Source: Eledone cirrhosa (taxonomy: Eukaryota). Taken from it: DNA of 64,000 nucleotides. This document shows positions 62,124-64,000 of this stretch, one piece after another. A model generated the notes under the pieces. That model searched no databases. It saw only the letters and a list, made by a program, of their open reading frames with translations, and had not been told where the DNA came from. How positions within the stretch are numbered: the first letter of the stretch is position 1; each line of letters begins with the position of its first letter. The stretch lies in NCBI GenBank assembly GCA_964016885.1, contig OZ024758.1:2480001-2544000 (forward strand), given 5' to 3'. A program made the translations under genes and the position numbers.

Positions 62124-63361
62124 CTAATACGATCATTATTTCCAGAAATATTAGCCACATCATTAGATAACAAGAAATATTACATATATTATTTATATAT
62201 ACCTTAATGCATAATTATTGTGTGTTTGTATATATGTTAGAATATATGTGTCTGTGTGCATGTATGTACGTACGTATGTGTGTGTGTGTGCGTGCGTGTG
62301 TGTGTGTATGTATGTATATATGTACGTGTGTATGTATGTGTGACGTATGTATTTATGTGTGTATGTAAGTATGTGTGTATGTAAGTATGTTTGTATGTAA
62401 GTATGTGTGTATGTATGGATGGATGGATTGATGGATGAATCGATCTATATATTTGCATCGAAGAGAAATTTTTTAGTTAATAATTCTTGTAGTTAATTAG
62501 AAAGTATTGTGTATTATTTATATCTATATAACCAGTTAAATACACGGAACATATTTAATAAAATTGAATAAAATGTTATATACACTCATAAGAATGTATA
62601 TAAAATATTCTGAAGATAGATTCTTCATTCTATTTGTGTCATTACAACAGTGATAGTGAGAGACTGTAACCTGTGTTTAGAAGAAGTAGTACAGATTTCG
62701 CAATACCATTTGTGTCATTACAATAGTATCTGTGTTTACAACAAGTAGAACAGATTTCACAATAACATTTATGACATTACTATAGAGACAGTGTCAGAAT
62801 TTTTCCTCGGGTTTTTGTATTTAGAACATTACGGTCTTCCATAAATAGAGTAGGGTTTGATTTGAGGGAGACTCAGCAGCTATTTCTAGAAGGTCGAGAG
62901 TAACCACACGAAGGTTCCCTCATCAGCTTGTATATGTATGTATATATACACCTATATACGGATGCTATATAGTATAAAATTGATTTGTCTTCACTACACA
63001 CAAGACCAATCTCTAAAAAGTCTTCACAACATCAAAACGACAAATGCAAGTTTGACAGTAGCAAAAAGAAAATGCATAAAACATTTAGTCCTGCATTATT
63101 TTTTGCCAACATATATGCATATATTTATGAATGCATCCATGTATATATGCATTTCATTTATTATACAATTAAAAAGACAAAATATATAAAATAAAACGAA
63201 AGAATGGCGTTGTCATAGTTTGATTTCGGAGTTTAATATACATTCTTATTTCCATCTCGGTACAACAAAAAATACTTTCTCATTTTTCCTTTCCATTTCT
63301 TTCTTTCTAACTTTGTTTGTTTGCTTGTTTGTTTGTTTGTTTCTTTCTGTCTTTCTTGCTT

Positions 63362-63438
<77 letters not shown>

Positions 63439-63489
63439 ATGGCTTCTTGTTTTTTCCATTTCCTTGTAAAATCCCAATTACTTTCTTAT

Positions 63490-63580
<91 letters not shown>

Positions 63581-63586
63581 TACATA

Positions 63587-63689
<103 letters not shown>

Positions 63690-64000
63690 AGATTTGAATG
63701 GATACAGTTTAGTTGAAAGGAATTTATTGACACGTGTTTCTATAACAGTTACATAACCTAAAACAGCTGCTATCTACAAACTTTTAGTTATGCAGACATT
63801 CAATATTTCAATGTTATTATTTACTGTCATTTCATCAGAATAATATTACTGAGGACCTATTTAGTTTTTATAGAGAATATTAGGAGGGAGGGGTGAAGTT
63901 GTTAGAAGAATAGTTGAAGGAGTGGTTTTTCGATAGCAGTGAGAATTCTTGGTGGCAGTGAGTAATTAGATTCCCATCTGTTGTTTTGACATTTTTTATA

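Overview
AT-rich, microsatellite-laden animal genomic DNA. The repeat landscape resembles Octopus or another coleoid cephalopod (inference). The first 22 kb holds two intact, convergent, intron-rich housekeeping genes. CDC37 (+) has 10 coding exons visible, and its first exon lies upstream of the window. PWP1 (-) has all 15 coding exons (533 aa) and one GC-AG intron. The two stop codons are only 385 bp apart. The remaining ~42 kb is repeat-dominated: tRNA-derived SINEs, piggyBac- and mariner-type MITEs, RTE/Tx1 LINE fragments and mini/microsatellites. The centrepiece is a young Penelope-like retroelement (RT + GIY-YIG, Naiad-like) at 49339-55095, inserted in (TA)n. It has a 1,791-bp inverted duplication of its 3' part, an Asn-rich in-frame insert and a hammerhead ribozyme (HHR) motif in its 3' region. 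About a dozen further HHR cores occur across the window, several inside small fold-back palindromes next to (TA)n tracts. These look like miniature versions of the large element's architecture and are the best candidate for an under-described ribozyme/retroelement system. Most other ORFs in the track are simple-repeat artefacts.
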